From NCBI GenBank assembly GCA_002269645.1, contig NIVC01004328.1:1-50409 (forward strand): DNA of 50,409 bases. Reading direction: 5' to 3'. A program made the translations under genes and the position numbers. Below are positions 36,055-47,839 of the stretch, piece by piece; within the stretch, counting starts at the first letter, position 1; every line of letters starts with the position of its first letter. Source of the stretch: Macrostomum lignano (lineage: Eukaryota). Below the pieces are notes generated by a model. It ran no database searches. It was not told the DNA's origin and saw nothing but the letters and a program-made list of their open reading frames with translations.

Positions 36055-36705
36055 GACTTGAATGTACATTTTAGGAGAGAGAAAATATTGGCCTAGACCT
36101 TAAGTTGAATGTACATTTCGTGGGGGGTGGGAGAATCCAGGCCTAGACCTCAAGTTGAATGTACATTTCGTGGGGGGGGGAGAATCCAGGCCTAGACCTA
36201 AAGTTGAATGTACATTTCGTGGGGGGGAGGGGAGAATCCAGGCCTAGACCTCAAGTTGAATGTACCTTTCGTGGAGGGGAAGAATCCAGGCCTAGACCTC
36301 AAGTTGAATGTACATTTCGTGGGGGGTGGGAGAATCCAGGCCTAGACCTCAAGTTGAATGTACATTTCGTGGGGGGGGGGAGAATCCAGGCCTAGACCTA
36401 AAGTTGAATGTACATTTCGTGGGGGGGGGAGGGGAGAATCCAGGCCTAGACCTCAAGTTGAATGTACCTTTCGTGGAGGGGAAGAATCCAGGCCTAGACC
36501 TCAAGTTGAATGTACATTTCGTGGGGAGAGAATCCAGGCCTAGACCTCAAGTTGAATGTACATTTCGTGGGATTGAAGAGAAAATCCAGGCCTAGACCTC
36601 AAGTTGAATGTACATTTCCTGGGGGGAGAGAAAATCCTGGCCTAGACATCAAGTTGAATGTACATTTGCTGGGGGAGAAAATCCACGCCTAGACCTGAAG
36701 TTGAA
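36055..36705. repeat. About 48-54 bp minisatellite (GGCCTAGACCTCAAGTTGAATGTACATTTCGT-Gn-AGAATCCA), LGIC intron 3
   Basis: About 12 units that vary in the poly-G tract. Confidence 0.95.
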
Positions 36706-37564
36706 CGTTTTAACTTAAAGAGAATTCAAGCCTAAATCTATAAAAAGTAGCTGAGGAGAGCAGAGGAAATTTAAGCTCACCTGCGAATAACGCAAAGTTC
36801 AACTTCTAACCTACTCCAGCGAGTCCTCGCGGCCAAAGGTCAGTGCACATGTCACTGGGTCAGCATCATCAGCACAACTGCAGCTTCAAGGAGTCAGCTG
36901 GGAGGCATGCAATTGTCTATCGGCTGTCGAAGCCAATTAGTAGCGATGGTGAGCGCCCTTCCATAAGCCCTGACTTTTTTTCATCGTCAGCCGTGGATCG
37001 TTAGCTATCTCAATGCCACTTCCCACCTCAACAAGGTCGCAAGTTCGAATTTTGGACCCGAATTTGCATTAAGTCGAGCCTGGACGACATGAGCGACGCC
37101 CTGCGCCAGTACTGCCTGTCGCTCATTTTGTTGCTTCACTCCTTCGCCACTTTGTACTTCTTTGATCGAAGCACTCGGCTGCTCATCAACCTGGCCCTGC
37201 TGCACATCCTTCTGCTCAACTGGCAGCCAACTGCTCGCGGTCGAATTAGCGCGCTGGACATCTGGATGGCCAAGTGCACCCTGGCGATCTTTTGCTGTCT
37301 CGCCGTTGCCATGGCGACAACAAACGGACCGGCAAACGGCGAAGGCGGCTTCGGCGACGCCGGAACCCGACGGAAGCGTCGGCAGCAGCAGAGAGACGAG
37401 CAGCTGTCCGGCAGGCAGTCAGCCAAGGGCAGCAGCGGCAGCTGCAGCGGGGTGAGCCAGGCTGGCAGCCTGTCTTTACAGTAGTGCAGAATGTCTTTCT
37501 GTGGGACTAAGAAGCTATCAAAGTCAGCACAACCAATCTGTGCAAGTCACTCCTAAACAAGGGG

Positions 37565-37800
37565 TCACTCTAGTACAATGTCACTCTAGTAAAATGTCAC
37601 TCTAGTACAATGTCACTCTAGTACAATGTCACTCTAGTACAATGTCACTCTAGTAGTACAATGTCACTCAAGTGCAATGTCACTCTAGTAGTACAATGTC
37701 ACTCTAGTACAATGTCACTCTAGTACAATGCCACTCTAGTACAATGTCACTCTAGTACAATGTCACTCTAGTCACTCTAGTACAATTTCAATCTAGTACA
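37565..37800. repeat. 16-bp TCACTCTAGTACAATG minisatellite (LGIC intron 5)
   Basis: About 13 units; a related pair also occurs at 35368-35398. Confidence 0.93.
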
Positions 37801-38319
37801 TGAGTTCACCCTAAACAGTACAACAAATCCTGATCCTCTGCATCAAACGCTCAATTTCAGACCTTCCTGATGCCGCGCGATCCTCAAACTTCGTCATGCG
37901 GACTTCGCAACTCAAAGTGCACCACCATATCGGAGTGCAGCGACCACTTGGACCTGTTCCCGGCCGACGAAATTGTTCACCATCATCACCATCACTCGCC
38001 GCCTGCTCAGCCGACCGGATCGTCGCAGAACGGCGGTCGCGGCTCGGCCTGGCAGACCGCGGCAAAGTCCACCGTGCCTGCCTGCTGGCTGATCTTGGCC
38101 GCCGCGTTCTGGGCCTGCCTGCTGCTGACTGCGGCCAGGTGCGACTCCCTGCTGCCCGAGTGCCACCAGAGAGACCGGCTGACTGGCTGACATGCGGTCT
38201 GCGGCGTCCTGACAGCGACTGACATCAAATATACTTACTCACACAGTGCACTCTCCGCTGGAATTGTTTTACTCGATTTGATCATTTTATTTTCTAGTTG
38301 TCTCGATCCTATTCGGCTT

Positions 38320-38720
38320 TTATGCAGACTGTCACTCTTTCTAGCACTCTTACTAGCACTCTTAACAGGGCACATGTACTCTTTGAGGTGTCTATTTCTA
38401 GCACTCTTGCTGTCACTCTTCTTGACACTCTTACCGTCACTCTTGCTGTCACTCTTATTGTCACTATTATTGTCACTATTATTGTCACTCTTACCGTCAC
38501 TCTTGCTGTCACTCTTGCTGTCACTCTTACCGTCACTCTTACCATCACTCTTACCGTCAATCTTACCATCACTCTTACCGTCAATCTTACCATCACTCTT
38601 ACCGTCAATCTTACCATCACTCTTGCTGTCACTCTTATCGTCACTTTTATTGTCACTCTTCTGTCACCCTTTACGGTCAGTCACTCTTATTGTCACTCTA
38701 TTGTTCTCATTCAGGTCTGT
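38320..38720. repeat. 12-bp TCACTCTTACCG-type minisatellite
   Basis: Period 12; gives the LLLS/VTLT ORFs. Confidence 0.9.
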
Positions 38721-39309
38721 CACTCTCCCTTCCACTCTTTCTAGCACTTCTATCTTTCAATAATTGTCACCCACTGTTGTTATTTATTACTCACTGTCAC
38801 TCTATCCATCTAGATGGCACCCCTCCGACTGTCACTATCATTTTTGCACTTAATACTCGCCGCCACTCAGCTTCAATTATCACATTGTCAAACGCATTCA
38901 CAAACTGCGCAAAATTAGAAAACAGCTCCTCCCACCCCAAATTTGCATAAACACAGAACGCGAACTGGATGGGAAAGTCAGCAGGGTGGGGGCAGTGCTG
39001 CTTCTCTTAGTTTAGCAATCCGGTCACGGATCTGCCCGACATCTGCAATTCACGCCACCGATCAAATGCACTTTAAAAGCCCCAGCTCCACACGGGCTGC
39101 GCCACTTAAACCGAGATTCTTCCGTGTGCAGGTGATCGTAAAAAACAATTTTTGGAGGGGGGCACCGGGGTTCTTGGCAATAAAATTTCTGCCGACTGCA
39201 GAGCAAACAGTTTTGCGAATTCACAAAAATGGGCTTTGCTAGCCGGGATTCAAGTGTGGGGTGCGTCTGCCCATGCAATCTGCTGACTGCACTGCCGCCT
39301 GTGCCCCTC

Positions 39310-40010
39310 CCACTCTGACTCTCACTCCCACTCTCACTCCCACTCTCACTCACTCTCACTCCCACTCTCACTCCCACTCCCACTCTGAACTTCACTCCCA
39401 CTCTCACTCTCTCTCTCACTCACTCTCACTCCCACTCTCACTCCCACTCTCACTCCCACTCTCACTCCCACTCTCTCTCTCACTCTCTCACTCACTCTCA
39501 CTCCCACTCGCACTCCCACTCTCACTCCCACTCTCACTCCCACTCTCACTCCCACTCTCACTCCCACTCTCACTCCCACTCTCACTCCCACTCTCTCTCT
39601 CTCTCTCACTCACTCTCACTCCCACTCTCACTCTCACTCTCACTCTCACTCCCACTCTCTCTCTCTCTCACTCACTCTCACTCCCACTCTCACTCCCACT
39701 CTCACTCCCACTCTCAATCCCACTCTCACTCCCACTCTCACTCCCACTCTCACTCCCACTCTCACTCTCTCTCTCTCTCACTCACTCTCACTCCCACTCT
39801 CACTCTCACTTCCACTCTCACTCTCACTCCCACTCTCACTCCCACTCTCAATCTCCCTCTCACTCTCACTCCCACTCTCTCACTCTCACTCCCACTCTCT
39901 CACTCTCACTTTCAATCTCATTCTCACTCTCACTCTCTCACTCTCACTTTCAATCTCACTCTCACTCTCATTTTCAATCTCACTCTCACTCTCACTCAGT
40001 CAATCTCACT
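39310..40010. repeat. 6/12-bp CTCACTCCCACT microsatellite
   Basis: Periodic array; gives the HS/LT ORFs. Confidence 0.95.
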
Positions 40011-41209
40011 TTTTTATCAGTCTCACCCCCCGAATAGCCCACAACCCACCAGTTCCCTGAACTCCCGAATCCGCCACTCTGGAATGCTTAATTTGGCCCC
40101 AACTAACCCTCCCCAATGCCTTCCTTCCAGTCTCCCGCATTTTATCCTGCAAGTCGTTACAATTTGGTCTCACCACTCGGCACCCCCTAAATTCTCCCGT
40201 ATCTCTCTCAGTGTATTCATATCCCAATGCTGGTGGCCAGTGAGGCACAATTTATCTTGCTGTCTAGAAATCAGACACACGGCTCTTGACTGCAGTGGCC
40301 AGCCTGCCCTATCTATAAAAATATCCGCTCTTATCGTGCCTTTTTTTGGTTGCCTCCAAGGGCGGAAGGAACGGCCCAGCTGGGGCTTGGAGGCTGGAAA
40401 CCGAGTCGGCCACATCCGTGATTGAGAGCTGGGCGGGGGGGAGCCTGGTGTGAGCAGGTCTCAGTCTGTGCGAGTGTCCCTTGCCCGTCACGCACACAGC
40501 AATTTCTGCAATTGAAAATCTGCCACCACGGTCTGGACTCGAATTCGGCCATCTGCACTGACCCGGGCCTCGCCAATTTAGTAAAACTGTCACGTGATGT
40601 TTTAAATAGTTTTTAGACACTGAATTTTCTGTTCTCTTCAGTAAGTGGGTGGAGACTGTTGAATGACAGCTTAGGCCAGATTTCACTGCCAATTGAAGTG
40701 CTGAGGGAGATTGGCGTGGCTTAAAAAGGGCGAACTGATTTTTTAACTGTCCACTGCAACTGGCAAGACTAGCTGATGCTTGAGAGACTAGCTGAGGATG
40801 TCCAGCAGTCGAGGCTTGCCCACTGTCGGGGCTTGATCAGCAAAACTAGAGAAATTCGCATCAGGGTGTTCATAGTCACCTGGTGCCTCCTGTTGAAGGT
40901 CCAGAAGCTCCACCGGGGTGGAAGCCGGTGACCAACCAAGGCAGAGGTGATGCAGACACATGTGGTGGACGTGCTGATGAAATTTGGAGACTTGACAAGA
41001 CCGCACTGAGGCGCAGTGCTGATTGGCGCACAGAGGTGTACTGAATACACTGGCGCTTATGGGAAAAATCCGACCTTCTGGGAGAATCGTTGAATATCTC
41101 GACGGTCCCGAGGGCTGGCGACTTGATTCTTGCTTGAGAAGGTGCGCAGCAAAATTTGAAACCATGTTCTTGAGTTTCGTGTTCCTGCGTTGCTCTGAAA
41201 TCCCCCTGA

Positions 41210-43369
41210 CTTACTTGACTTAGCTGCAGGGCGGTCCGAAGACGCAGCGGGGAGGCGAGCGTCGCCCATTCCGCTAATCCCTGAAAGACCCGCAAAGGCT
41301 AGGGCGCGGGGCCGGTCAGGGAGGTCTGCCGGTCCTGTCTGCAGCGTTGTCTTCGGTGGCTCGTTTGGTAGCCCGGAGGAACCGGATGAGCCGTGGGATG
41401 TTCTCGGGCCGGCAAACGTCAACCAGGGACGGGTTGGGCCCGAGGTGGTTGAGCCGGTCTCGGTTGAAGGCCGGGCAGTAGCAGACGAAGTGCTTGGCAT
41501 CTTCATTCTCGAGGCTGCAGAAGGGGCAGAGTTCACTCCGGCGAAAACTTCGGAGGAAACAGTGCCTGGCAAAGCAACCGTGACCTGTGAAGGTCATAGT
41601 GAGAGCGCAGATATCTTTTCGATTTTGATTCAAAAGGATTCTTCGCAGCTTGAGGGACGGATTGGGCACTGCCGCACGAGATTGGCGGCAGTTGGAGATA
41701 CCATCCCATCTGCACAAGTGCAGGATGTCCGCCCAGTCGTTAATCTGACGATTAATGACCGTGGCGGGGATGGGGGCCAGGGGCACGGGGCCAAGGGGCG
41801 AGCCGGAACAGCCTGCCTTAGCGAGGGAGTCGGCGAGCTCGTTACCTTTGAACCCAGCGTGTCCTGGGATCCACGTATGCCGGACGGTGTTCCTCCGAGC
41901 CAGCTTGTTGAGCTGCCCGATACAGTCGCGGACTGTTCGGGAGTTCGTAGTGATGTGACACAGGGCCTGCAAAGCGGCTTGGCTGTCAGAGTGGAAGAAG
42001 ATTCTTCTGTCCTTGAAGTCCCTGCAGTAGAGCTCAGCTGCACAGGAGCTGATGGCAAGGACTTCGTTCTGGAAGACGCTGGAGAGTCTGCCAGTGTGTT
42101 GGGCGTGAGTAGCGATCACGCGGCCGTTGATAAGGATACAGACTCCAAAGCCGGATAAACCGTCTTTGGAGGATCCGTCAGTGAAGCAGTGAGCCTCCTG
42201 AGGGGCCCAGCTGTCGTTGGCGTTCTCCCTAGAGGGGATAGTGACCTTGAAGCGTTGATTGAGGGAGCGCGGCTCAGCGTCCGAAAGGACAGCCGCATTC
42301 CCACTCTCCTCCAGAACTTTAAGGCTCAGGTCAGAGTGCGGCAGGAGCTTGCGCTCTTTGTGGCTTGAAGCTAACGCCAGCCTCGATGAGCCGGCGGGTG
42401 GTTTTAGCAGCCTCGCGACGGACAAAGATGTCCAGAGGCGGGAGGCAGAGAAAGGCGTTGAGGCCGTCAAAGGGAGCAGAGAGCGGGCCATTCAGAATAA
42501 TGCGGCACGCGCGTCCCTGCACCTTTTTAAGGGCTTCGTAGCAGGTTTTAATCTGCAAGGCGCTGGTCCAGTCCAGGCCGGCGTAAGTAACGGCCGGTCG
42601 GACCATTGCGGTGTAGATCCACCAGAGCCGTTTTGGGGTGAGGCCCCAGGTGGTGCCGACGGCTCTGCGCAGCTGCGCAAGAATCGCGAGGGCTTTTTTG
42701 GTTTTGGCCTGGACGTGGGTGGACCAGCTCAGCCGGTGGTCCAGCGTAACGCCGAGACACTTGGTTTGCTTGCAGGATGGGATTTCCACCCCGTAAAGCT
42801 TTAGTGGGCGAATACGCCAGTTGACCCTGCTGGTGAATATGATCGCGACAGTTTTGGTCTCAGAGAGCCTGAGGCCGCACCTGTCCGCCCATTGTTCAGC
42901 AGAGCGAATAAAGTTTTGCAGAAGATCCCTAAGGGTTTCGGGTGACGGTCCGGATGCTACGGCTGTAACATCATCGGCGTAACCGACCTTAAGGATGAGG
43001 TCCAGATGGCTGTCCTGAAGGAGCTCATCGATGACCATGTTCCAGAGAACTGGAGAGAGGACACCGCCCTGGGTGCTGCCTTTGCAGACGGTTACCGTCC
43101 GTTGGTGGCCCAGCAGGTGTGGGGTGGCAGTGCGGTGGCTGATCATATACATGATCCACCGGGTGAGGTGCGGGTGGGTTCCTCTAGCACGTAGAGCTCT
43201 GTCAAAGGCCTCAAAGAGGACATTATCTAAGGCTCCAACAATGTCGAGGAAGACAGCGAGAGCGTAGCCATTACCAAGAACGGCTTTCTCCAGCATGTCG
43301 ACCAAGGCATGAAGCGCGCTCTCCGTGGACCGGCCTGCCCGAAAGGCGTGCTGGTTCTCACTGAGCGGC
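41210..43369 (-). mobile_element. Second LOA/Lian-like LINE (RT-RNase H-CCHC), 5'-truncated, with 15-bp TSD
   Basis: ORFs 43305-42331 (GYADDV) and 42491-41316 (FTDGS, WIPGHAG, CPFC..HFVCYC); 3' tail TAAGTCAAGTAAGTCA; TSD CTGAAATCCCCCTGA at 41195-41209 and 43370-43384. Confidence 0.95.
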
Positions 43370-43826
43370 CTGAAATCCCCCTGAAAAGTTCTACTGAATT
43401 ATTAATAGTCAAAACCCAATGCACCAAAATGGTCTCAAAAATATGATCTGATTAACCAGACTAAAAGCACTTAAATCTTCCTCTCTCAAAACAGACAAAA
43501 TTTACGATTGAATTTCAATACCCAAGCCCGTATTAAACTGGTGCAGCGGCAGGAAGTCAGGTCAGCAGCTCGGGATGCTTGGCCGGATGGTGCGCGTTTG
43601 CCATTGGAGAAATGATTTAATGCCGATGCCAAGTACATTCAACTGAGCACAAGCTAGGCGACCTTCAGGCAGGACCTGGAGAAAATAAATTCTTTGTTAA
43701 ACTGCTCTCATTTTAAAGCTGAATAAATCTGATGCATCTTAACTGAAATCAGGAGATTGGGGAGTTTTTTTTCATTTTTATAGGAATTATGCTCTGTTTT
43801 CTGCTTAAAGTATGTGGAGGTAGATG

Positions 43827-45267
43827 CTCCTCTCCTCTGATCTCCTCTCCTCTGATCTCCTCTCCTCTCCTCTCCTCTCCTCTCCTCTCCTCTCCTCTCC
43901 TCTCCTCTCCTCTCCTCTCCTCTCCTCTCCTCTCCTCTCCTCTCCTCTCCTCTCCTCTCCTCTGATCTCCTCTCCTCTGATCTCCTCTCCTCTGATCTCC
44001 TCTCCTCTGATCTCCTCTCCTCTCCTCTCCTCTCCTCTCCTCTCCTCTCTCCTCTCCTCTCCTCTCCTCTCCTCTCCTCTCCTCTCCTCTGATCTCCTCT
44101 CCTCTGATCTCCTCTCCTCTGATCTCCTCTCCTCTCCTCTCCTCTCCTCTGATCTCCTCTCCTCTGATCTCCTCTCCTCTGATCTCCTCTCCTCTCTCCT
44201 CTCCTCTCCTCTCCTCTCCTCTCCTCTCCTCTCCTCTCCTCTCCTCTCCTCTCCTCTCCTCTCCTCTCCTCTCCTCTCCTCTCCTCTCCTCTCCTTTTCC
44301 TCTCCTCTCCTCTCCTCTCCTTTTCCTCTCCTCTCCTCTCCTCTCCTCTCCTCTCCTCTCCTCTCTCCTCTCCTCTCCTCTCCTCTCCTCCCCTCTCCTC
44401 TCCTCTCCTCCCCTCTCCTCTCCTCTCCTCTCCTCTCCTCTCCTCTCCTCTCCTCTGATCTCCTCTCCTCTGATCTCCTCTCCTCTGATCTCCTCTCCTC
44501 TGATCTCCTCTCCTCTGATCTCCTCTCCTCTGATCTCCTCTCCTCTGATCTCCTCTCCTCTCCTCTCCTCTCCTCTCCTCTGATCTCCTCTCCTCTCCTC
44601 TCCTCTCCTCTCCTCTGATCTCCTCTCCTCTCCTCTCCTCTCCTCCCTCTCCTCTCCTCTCCTCTCCTCTCCTCTCCTCTCCTCTCCTCTCCTCTCCTCT
44701 CCTCTCCTCTCCTCCCCTCTCCTCTCCTCTCCTCTCCTCTCCTCTCCTCTACTTTCCTCTCCTCTCCTCTCCTCTCCTCTCCTCTCCTCTCCTCTCCTCC
44801 TCTCCTCTCCTCTCCTCTCTCTCTCCTTCCTCTCCTCTCCTCTCCTCTCCTCTCCTCTCCTCTCCTCTCCTCTCCTCTGATCTCCTCTCCTCTGATCTCC
44901 TCTCCTCTGATCTCCTCTCCTCTGATCTCCTCTCCTCTGATCTCCTCTCCTCTGATCTCCTCTCCTCTGATCTCCTCTCCTCTGATCTCCTCTCCTCTGA
45001 TCTCCTCTCCTCTGATCTCCTCTCCTCTGATCTCCTCTCCTCTGATCTCCTCTCCTCTGATCTCGCTCCTCTGATCTCCTCTCCTCTGATCTCCTCTCCT
45101 CTGATCTCCTCTCCTCTCCTCTCCCTCCTCTGATCTCCTCTCCTCTCCTCTCCTCTCCTCTGATCTCCTCTCCTCTCCTCTCCTCCTCTCTCCTCTCCTC
45201 TCCTCTCCTCTCCTCTCCTCTCCTCTGATCTCCTCTCCTCTCCTCTCCTCTCCTCTCCTCTCCTCTC
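43827..45267. repeat. (CTCCT)n / (CTCCTCTGAT)n polypyrimidine microsatellite, 1.44 kb
   Basis: Pure 5/10-bp periodicity. Confidence 0.98.
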
Positions 45268-45849
45268 TTACCATCCATCTGCTCTGTGTAAACTGCGGCA
45301 CCCCAAGCTGCAACTCCAGGTCACATTCTCCTCGGCAAGATCAGTAATTGAAGAGGCGACGTTCGGGCTTCTCATCAAATAAGTTGCACGGAGAGAAGAG
45401 GTGATTCTAAGAAAGATTTATCAGTTTCGGAAGCGATGGAGACTGGGAAAATTGTGGAGGGAAGCTGAGTTGCCGGCTCTACCAGATGAGCTCTTCATCA
45501 TTTGGGCCGCTATTTTTAGATTGCCAACCAGGCACAGTTGAACACTGGTGCATTTTTAACTTTTCAAGTCATTGCAGTTCACGCGGCAATTTCATTTCAG
45601 ATCGTAAACAAACATAAAGTACCCCGTGTTCTGTCATACCAGCGTAGTATTTTTTGCCTTTTTCAGTTTTCTACGAGTAGGTAATTTTGACGTGTGTGTT
45701 TAAATTTATTCAGGGACCTCTAGCGATATATAGCTAGACTGGAAACGTACAACAACCATCCCGAACCTACCAGGGACCTCTGAATATACCTGGAATAGAA
45801 GTGGTCGAGTACTTACAGATATTCGACTGGAGACAGATCTGCACCCATT

Positions 45850-46520
45850 CAAGATCAGCCAGGGACCTCTAAGTACTGGTGGGCCGGAAGCAAGGACCTG
45901 AAACCCACCCCAAAACAGCCAGGGACCTCTAAATACACGTGGACTGGAGCAGGGACCTGAAACCCCCCAAAATCAGCCAGGGACCTCTAAATACACGTGG
46001 ACTGGAAGCAGGGACCTGAAACCCGCCCAAAAATCAGCCAGGGACCTTTAAATACATGTGGACTGGAAGGAGGGACCTGAAATCCACCCCAAAACAGCCA
46101 GGGACTCTAAATACATGGACTGGAAGGAGGGACCTGAAACCCGCCCAAAAATCAGCTAGGGACCTCTAAATACATGTGGACTGGAAGCAGGGACCTGAAA
46201 TCCACCCCAAAATCAGCCAGGGACCTCTAAATACACGTGGACTGGAAGGAGGGACTGAAACCCGCCCAAAAATCAGCTAGGGACCTCTAAATACATGTGG
46301 ACTGGAAGCAGGGACCTGAAATCCACCCCAAAATCAGCCAGGGACCTCTAAATACACGTGGACTGGAAGGAGGGACCTGAAACCCACCCAAAAATCAGCC
46401 AGGGACCTCTAAATACATGTGGACTGGAAGGAGGGACCTGAAACCCGCCCAAAAATCAGCCAGGGACCTCTAAATACACGTGGACTGGAAGCAGGGACCT
46501 GAAACCCACCCCGAAAATAT
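45850..46520. repeat. About 61-bp minisatellite (CAGCCAGGGACCTCTAAATACACGTGGACTGGAAG...)
   Basis: Units start at 45916, 45974, 46035, 46095, 46153, 46214, 46274, 46335, 46396 and 46457. Confidence 0.95.
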
Positions 46521-47069
46521 CCAGCCTCCAGATTTTGTCAAGGGCTGGGCGCAATACTGTATTTTTCCTAACAAAATTATGTGGGGCATAAGTTTTCGGA
46601 TTGGAAAGCGGCGAGACCGCAGGGCGGTCACAGCCATTTCTTTGGGACAATCAAATCCCCCCCTCGCAGCTATGAGATTGAATTTTCGGCTGAGATGCCC
46701 GCAGTCTATTCGGGAGATCGGGGAGAAAATCAGATTTGCGCCGGGACCGCAAAGGCTTGGCTGCGAGGCGAAAAACTGAATCTTGACAAATCCCCCTCTG
46801 CTCAGCCTGATCCAAGGCCCGATCCTAATCATTCTTGACTCCATGCGAGGAAGGGAGGCTTCCCAGCCGCGGATTTTCCCACTAGGCATATGAGAGACCC
46901 ACGTTTTTAGTGATTGACATTATTATTATTAGTATAGACCAGATGAAGTGCAGGAAGGCTATATAGAAATTTACCATTCGTTTAATATTTCCTCTCAATT
47001 CTAGCTTTAATGGATTGCTGGACTAATTAGAAGAGAACTATGAGCCGTTTGAGCTATTTAGGTGTGTTA

Positions 47070-47645
47070 AAGGACAGGCATGGATGATCATTCCTGACTA
47101 ACTCCAGCCAATCACAAGCCGGGAAGGGGCAGGCAGAATTGGGTGGGTTGAGGGACAGGCATGGATGATCATTCCTGACTAACTCCAGCCAATCACAAGC
47201 CGGAGCCGGGAAGTGGCAGGCAGAATTGGTTGGGTTGAGGGACAGGCATGGATGATCATTCCTGACTAACTCCAGCCAATCGCAAGCCGGGAAGGGGCAG
47301 GCAGAATTGGTTGGGTTGAGGGACAGGCATGGATGATCATTCCTGACTAACTCCAGCCAATCACAAGCCGGGAAGGGGCAGGCAGAATTGGGTGGGTTGA
47401 GGGACAGGCATGGATGATCAATCCTGACTAATTCCAGCCAATCAGAAGCCGGAGCCGGGAAGTGGCAGGCAGAATTGTTGGGTTGAGGGACAGGCATGGA
47501 TGATCATTCCTGACTAACTCCAGCCAATCACAAGCCGGGAAGGGGCAGGCAGAATTGGTTGGTTGAGGGACAGGCATGGATGATCATTCCTGGCTAACTC
47601 CAGCCAATCACAAGCCGGGAAGGGGCAGGCAGAATTGGGTGGGTG
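47070..47645. repeat. 81/87-bp minisatellite, 7 units, each with a CCAAT box
   Basis: Unit contains TCCAGCCAAT[C]ACAAGCCGG; 27-aa periodicity in the minus-strand ORF. Confidence 0.93.
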
Positions 47646-47839
47646 ATAGCAACTTTCTGGTGAGGTTAGAAAGCTTCTATAAATAAATTTAGACCACATC
47701 TATGGGAAAAAGCTTAAAGCGAAAAACTTTGCTTTCCTTCTTAGCATAATTAACAATCTCAGTTTTTTAAAGCTTTTCAAATAGAACAAGAAAGCACCGA
47801 AATGCATGCCTTGAAGTCTGTTTTGCTCTGCTCTGGCAG

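Larger units (their letters stand above)
32828..38190 (+). pseudogene. Divergent Cys-loop ligand-gated ion channel subunit gene, 6 exons, frameshifted (pseudogene or assembly indels)
   Basis: Exons 32828-32898 (signal-like MNCCLDLHQLLVLLTIAALVKSS), 35421-35562 (LNVSIGIGEVARLENN), 35660-35874 (EIDVSFTLDLRWS..KLWTPRFVFLNA), 36820-36948 (Cys pair), 36991-37451 (EFALSR, M1-M3 with ISALDIWMAKC) and 37861-38190 (M4 VPACWLILAAAFW). All junctions are GT-AG; junctions 1, 2 and 5 are in phase as written. Confidence 0.75.

Noticed and set aside
40520-40580. B-box-like ATTCGAGTCC on the minus strand (possible tRNA or SINE head)
   Set aside because: Poor A box, no acceptor stem, no second copy in the window.
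40769-41190. ORFs beside the second LINE as host exons
   Set aside because: Splice-like sites exist, but no recognisable motif in any frame and no partner exons could be linked.
43749-45313. 500-aa ORFs (EERRG repeats), and similar long ORFs at 23158-23638, 25473-26150, 33730-34773, 34967-35371, 38278-38763 and 39261-40037
   Set aside because: They are stop-free translations of micro/minisatellites in several frames at once.
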